Below, in pieces: positions 59,595 to 64,000 of a stretch of 64,000 bases of DNA; within the stretch, counting starts at the first letter, position 1; every line of letters starts with the position of its first letter. The stretch lies in NCBI GenBank assembly GCA_965205215.1, contig OZ242041.1, positions 2,034,240-2,098,239 on the forward strand, written 5' to 3'. The notes beneath the pieces are model-generated. The model was not told the DNA's origin, did not search any database, and was given only the letters and a program-made list of their open reading frames with translations. The DNA is from Nitrosopumilus sp. (GTDB lineage Archaea > Thermoproteota > Nitrososphaeria > Nitrososphaerales > Nitrosopumilaceae). Made by a program: the position numbers and the translations under genes.

Positions 59595-60157
59595 CGCGCC
59601 ATTGTTTCGCGCCTACGATTTAACCTATTCGTACATTTCCCGTTCCTGACGCCGAGGTGGCGGGGACGGTGGCGCGCCAAGCCGCGTTGTGATGACGGTG
59701 CCACAACGACAATCGCCCCGATGTCGGCCCCCGGCGCGGCTTCAAGTGTCGTAGTGGTGGCGGCAGTGTCGGCAACGAGGCCTGCAATGGCGCCAGACAC
59801 GGGTGTCAGGAGTCGGACATGCCGGGGTAGGAAGAGAGAGGATCTTTCGGGCGCCTGCATCCGGTCCTGCAAGGGGGTGGCGCCCATATGCGGGACGCCC
59901 GTCATTACGGCAAGCTGCATTGCCGGCACCGTGGGCAGGCATCGTGGACAGGATAACGACGGCAAGCGCCTGACAGCGGCCGCGGCCGGAACCCCGAGGA
60001 CATGGCCCCCTTGCCACGCGCCGCGACGACTATGCGCCTGCGCCCGTATGTGTAAGTTGCGCAACAAGTACTCATGCCCGCCGCATGCTGTCGCGCGCAA
60101 GCGAATCCTCGCCCGTGCGATTGTCAGATAGATATATGGGCGTCCCTGCTGCACTGC

Positions 60158-60640
60158 ATGGCATCTAGGAGGACATTCGTGGTCTTTGTGCTCCCAATCA
60201 TACTGTCCCTGTCACTTGCAACCGCCGTAATGGCCGACGTGCTCGACAAGCCGGGCCGCGAGATGCAGATGTGGCCCCCACAGTCGTCGGGCGGACACGG
60301 GACTACATACGTACCCGGCCCGCATTCCTCAGACGATGGCATCCTCATAGTGGGCCTCTCCGAATCGTACAAGGCAGGCGGCCAGATTGCCGTCGGCGTC
60401 TCCGTAAGTGACGCGGCGTTTGACTGCGGCGATCTCTACATTACAATATACGACCGTGACGATGCGGTCTTGGCCCAAGGGGCATTCTTTGAGCAGTGCT
60501 TTGCAGATGCCGGCATCGATCTCCCTGTGGAGGGCGACTTTGAGACCGCGGTGGACTCTCCGGGCTCGTACGTGGTTGTGGCGGAGATGCGTCACGACGG
60601 GGAGACGATATCTGCCCCGGGAGAGTTTGTCGTTGAGTAG
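60158..60640 (+). CDS. Hypothetical secreted protein
   Basis: Signal peptide; beta-rich sequence. Confidence 0.65.
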   Translation: MASRRTFVVFVLPIILSLSLATAVMADVLDKPGREMQMWPPQSSGGHGTTYVPGPHSSDDGILIVGLSESYKAGGQIAVGVSVSDAAFDCGDLYITIYDRDDAVLAQGAFFEQCFADAGIDLPVEGDFETAVDSPGSYVVVAEMRHDGETISAPGEFVVE

Positions 60641-60790
60641 ACCTTGTTGCAGTCAGGAACGTGACAGCAACTGCGGCCTCCGTGTCTGCACAGGGTGCGG
60701 CGCATATAGCCCCTTTAGCAACAATAATAGCACTGCTGACAGTCAGGGTGCTTGGATGCCTGCCACGGGATGCAGAGAGTTGGTGCTGTA

Positions 60791-61996
60791 ATGGACGAGA
60801 AGAAGCGAGAGATGGAACTCGAGGAGATTGAGAGGATAAAGGCCGAGCTGGCAGAGTTAAAGCGCCGCAAGGACATTCTAGATGCCATTCCTCCAAAAAA
60901 GAGGCGTCCGACAAGGGCCAAAAAGCAGGCAGGTTCTGGAGCATCGCCCCCGCCGTCTGACGCCCCCGCGGCCGCAAGAGGCAGGAAGCCGCGCCCCAAA
61001 AAGTCAGGTCATGCCGACAGAGGTAGCTCCGGCCCTGATGCGTCACCCGACTCTACAGACACTAGTGACGCATTCGCGCGGAGCACCAAAGAGCCAGAAC
61101 ACGGGCCTTCTGGCGGCGGCGGCATCAAGAAGCCCGCCCGCAAGAGCGCGCGCAAATCATCCTCTGCTGCTGCTGCCACAGTAACAAAGTCTGCAGAAGA
61201 GCCCGCTGCAAAGAAGCCGACCGGCGCGGCTGCTGCAAAGAAGGGCGCGGCCAAGGCCGCTGCAAAGAAGGGCGCGGCCAAGGCCGCTGCAAAGAAGGGC
61301 GCGGCCAAGGCCGCTGCAAAGAAGGGCGCGGCCAAGGCCGCTGCAAAGAAGCCGACCGGCGCGGCTGCTGCAAAGAAGGGCGCGGCCAAGGCCGCTGCAG
61401 GAAAGAAGAAGAAGCCTTCGGCGTCCTCCAAATCCCCCGATGATCATGCCGCCGCCGACACCGCCAAGAAGAAGAAGGGGAAAGGTTCCGCCAAGCAGGC
61501 AAAGCCCGGCTCCGCGTCAAAAAAACCCGCATCCGACAAGGCGGAGGAAAAGAAGGTGCCGGAACTCACGCTTGAGGAAAAGCTCGAAAGCGAGCTTACC
61601 GAAGAGGAGATTGAGAGGTTTCAGATCGAAAAGGTGAACATGGAGCAGCTCATCAGGAAGGTGTGCGACATACTGGCCGAGCACGAGTCGGCCGGCATGC
61701 TGCAAAACAACCTGTGGAAGAAGCTAAAGCTGTCCGACATGACCGGATCCCGCCTCGCGCTCAAGCTTGAACGCATGGGCACGATTACCAGAGAAAAGCT
61801 GCTCGAGAACGGCAGGTGGACATACAAGCTGATACTCAAAAAGACCCCCATAAGCACGCAGTCGATAGAGGACGCCCCGTGCCTTGTCTGCAAGGTGGAG
61901 CAAAAGTGCACGCTTGACGGCGATATAAGCCCCCGCACATGCCAGTACCTGGAGGACTGGGTGGTCTCCATGATAAAGAAGCCCAGATTCAAATGA
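60791..61996 (+). CDS. RPC34/TFE-beta homolog with long Lys/Ala-rich N-terminal extension
   Basis: wHTH (G.LQ..LWK.L....GSR....LE..G.I.R) plus PCLVC-x5-C-x10-C..L..W [4Fe-4S]-type motif. Confidence 0.8.
   Translation: MDEKKREMELEEIERIKAELAELKRRKDILDAIPPKKRRPTRAKKQAGSGASPPPSDAPAAARGRKPRPKKSGHADRGSSGPDASPDSTDTSDAFARSTKEPEHGPSGGGGIKKPARKSARKSSSAAAATVTKSAEEPAAKKPTGAAAAKKGAAKAAAKKGAAKAAAKKGAAKAAAKKGAAKAAAKKPTGAAAAKKGAAKAAAGKKKKPSASSKSPDDHAAADTAKKKKGKGSAKQAKPGSASKKPASDKAEEKKVPELTLEEKLESELTEEEIERFQIEKVNMEQLIRKVCDILAEHESAGMLQNNLWKKLKLSDMTGSRLALKLERMGTITREKLLENGRWTYKLILKKTPISTQSIEDAPCLVCKVEQKCTLDGDISPRTCQYLEDWVVSMIKKPRFK
61205..61393 (+). repeat. Seven tandem 27-bp in-frame units (AAKKGAAKA / AAKKPTGAA)
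   Basis: GCTGCAAAGAAGGGCGCGGCCAAGGCC x5 and GCTGCAAAGAAGCCGACCGGCGCGGCT x2. Confidence 0.92.
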
Positions 61997-62592
61997 AGCT
62001 GCAAGACGCCCGCAGGGACCAGTACAGACGGCTTGCCCACGAGCAGGGCTACAGGAGCAGGGCCGCGTACAAGCTAAAGGAGCTCAACAGGTCGTACCGC
62101 ATCATAGGGCCCGGGTTCTACGTCCTTGACCTGGGATGCGCCCCGGGCGGCTGGACGCAGATGGCCGTCAGGCTTGCCGGAAACCGGGGCAAGGTGATGG
62201 GGGTCGACACGTCCTACGTGGAGGAGGTGCCGGGCGCCCACATAGTGCGGCGCGACATTGCAGAGGAGGGGCTTGCAGATCTTGTCATATCGTACTTTGG
62301 GCGCAAGGCAAACGCGGTCGTATGCGACCTGTCGCCAAAGGTAAGCGGAAACTGGTCGGTGGACCATGCAAGGCAGATATCGCTCAACTATGACTGCGCC
62401 AAGATAATGGGCGAGGTCCTGGCGCGCAGGGGAAACGCCGTGTTCAAGGTGTTTGACGGGCAGTACTCTGCCGAGTTTCGGGACTATGTGAGGGAGCAGT
62501 TTGCAAAGTTCCACAGCACAAAGCCAAAGGCAAGCCGCAAGCAGAGCAGCGAGCTGTACTACGTGTGCCTGGGGTATGTGGGCGCGGGCTAG
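61993..62592 (+). CDS. rlmE: 23S rRNA 2'-O-methyltransferase (RlmE/FtsJ)
   Basis: YRSRAAYKL, DLGCAPGGW, KP.ASR..SSE.Y. Confidence 0.94.
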   Translation: MKLQDARRDQYRRLAHEQGYRSRAAYKLKELNRSYRIIGPGFYVLDLGCAPGGWTQMAVRLAGNRGKVMGVDTSYVEEVPGAHIVRRDIAEEGLADLVISYFGRKANAVVCDLSPKVSGNWSVDHARQISLNYDCAKIMGEVLARRGNAVFKVFDGQYSAEFRDYVREQFAKFHSTKPKASRKQSSELYYVCLGYVGAG

Positions 62593-63791
62593 CGGACTGC
62601 CGCCTGCCTGAAGACGTCCCTCGCCGCGTCAGGCGGCGCGTCGGTCCTGAATCCGGTGGGCGCAAGCGACGTCCGGGACGCAGAGTACCCGGCTTCGCGC
62701 AAGCTTTGCAGCACGTGCGCCATGCTCGGGGGCGACACCTCCGTCCGGGACGCCATCTCGTCTAACGTATAGAACAGGCCCGTCCCCTGCACGGCCGACT
62801 CCTCGCGCGCCCTCTCAAGTCGGGCGCGCAGCGCCCCGTCGCGGGCGGGTCCCACGTGCGGCGCCTTTTGCACCATGCGGTTTACGAACTCTTCGTCAAA
62901 GAGGGGCCCGCGCCACAGGGGGCCCGCGCGCCGGGTCCCCGAGCCGCACGTGCGGCACTCCTGTTCCGCGTGTGGTCCCAGCCAGCGGCCCCCGCACGCG
63001 TCGCAGTGCGTCGCATACCCAACCTCCTCGCGGGCGGCCCCCACATGCCCCACCTTTATGCGCGCATACATCCTGTAGTAGTGCATGTCTGACGATACGA
63101 ATGCCGGGGATATCGACACCCCAAGCCTGGCCGCGACCGCCCTGAGGCATCCCAGCACTATCCTGATTGCAGTCTCGCTGCCGTACGTGGTGCCCCTGGT
63201 GGGCATGCCGCCGTACCTGTTCTGGCACGCCTCGTCAAACAGCCCGTTGAGCACCTGCAGGTCAGTCGCCGTGCAGGACAGCAGTCCCCCGTGCATGAGA
63301 GACCTTACCGCGCAGTCAAAGAACGGGGCCGGGGATCCGAACGGGTCGATGTCCACTATGGCGCCCCTGCTTCCCCTTGTGGCGTAATTCGAGAGGAACC
63401 TGCAGGCCTCGAGGTTCGAGAATGATATCTCCGCGTCGAGCCCGTTTAGGGCGGCCGCCTCCCCTGCGAGCGATACTGCCTTCGGGTTGATGTCGTTGAT
63501 GCGCATATGCCGTATCGCGCCAGTCTCGTTTGCCGCCCTCAGGCCCCTTGCCCCCACGCCGGCAAGCGGCTCGAGCATGGTAGGCGGCCCGTCAAACCCG
63601 TCAAGGTGCGCGGCGTATGCGGCCGTCGAGGCGTCGCGGTTTGCCGCGGACCTCGGGTTGAAAAACGCCGTGTCCCTCGGGGGCGCCTCGCTTTCAAGCG
63701 CCCCGGACGGCACGAGCAGCCGGGTACGGCCCTCCGTAATCTCCCTTATCGCGCCGTCCGCCCCGCCGTGATCCTGCTGCATCTGCACCAC
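62589..63791 (-). CDS. trm1: tRNA (guanine-26 N2) dimethyltransferase
   Basis: FFNP....NRD, G.GARG.R, NDIN, DIDPFGSP, TATD. Confidence 0.94.
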   Translation of the reverse strand: MVQMQQDHGGADGAIREITEGRTRLLVPSGALESEAPPRDTAFFNPRSAANRDASTAAYAAHLDGFDGPPTMLEPLAGVGARGLRAANETGAIRHMRINDINPKAVSLAGEAAALNGLDAEISFSNLEACRFLSNYATRGSRGAIVDIDPFGSPAPFFDCAVRSLMHGGLLSCTATDLQVLNGLFDEACQNRYGGMPTRGTTYGSETAIRIVLGCLRAVAARLGVSISPAFVSSDMHYYRMYARIKVGHVGAAREEVGYATHCDACGGRWLGPHAEQECRTCGSGTRRAGPLWRGPLFDEEFVNRMVQKAPHVGPARDGALRARLERAREESAVQGTGLFYTLDEMASRTEVSPPSMAHVLQSLREAGYSASRTSLAPTGFRTDAPPDAARDVFRQAAVR

Positions 63792-63850
63792 TTACGTGCG
63801 GCGGCTGCAGTATATGATTTATTACTAGCGGCCGGGGACGGCGCGTATTG

Positions 63851-64000
63851 ATGGTCTGCGGGGTCGACGATGCGGGGCGGGGCTCCATGCTGGGGCCGCT
63901 CGTCATAGCAGGCGTCTGCCTCCGGGACGACCAGGTGTCGCTCCTCAGGAAGATGGGGGTGCGTGACTCCAAAAAGCACACCCCTGCCGCGCGCAAGAGG
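63851..64000 (+). CDS. rnhB: Ribonuclease HII (3'-truncated by window edge)
   Basis: MVCGVDDAGRGSMLGPLVIAG..GVRDSKK read directly from the sequence. Confidence 0.92.
   Translation, partial: MVCGVDDAGRGSMLGPLVIAGVCLRDDQVSLLRKMGVRDSKKHTPAARKR

Noticed and set aside
63694-63996. Minus-strand ORFs at the window end
   Set aside because: The + strand encodes the RNase HII N-terminus.

Overview
A GC-rich archaeal chromosome segment. Gene content (thaumarchaeal-type blue-copper protein, Ubl-Cgi121 fusion, RPC34/TFE-beta homolog, archaeal histone, topo VI, multi-intron tRNA-Trp) points to Nitrososphaerota (Thaumarchaeota). The high GC, DUF285/PKD surface protein and low-complexity protein expansions suggest a host-associated, Cenarchaeum-like lineage (inference). 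Most of the window is housekeeping: aconitase, pdxST, valS, purA/B, pyrF, rtcB, rps11, rps17e, thiL, uppS, aIF2-beta, rio1, top6AB, mtnP, apt, rlmE, trm1, rnhB and 3 tRNAs. The standout accessory feature is a 1.5-kb element (31181-32689) with a catalytically intact solo TnpB. It is bounded by 18-bp terminal inverted repeats and a probable 6-bp target-site duplication, and sits in a palindromic site; IS200/IS605 elements are not built this way. Other accessory features are a Doc/Fic toxin-antitoxin cassette (toxin interrupted by an amber codon) bracketed by two copies of a ~180-200-bp non-coding element, a RelBE-like pair, a catalytically degenerate HAD protein, a NarX/PilJ-like histidine kinase and several unexplained non-coding repeats. 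All calls were made by eye from motifs; no database searches were run, and some start codons are best guesses.
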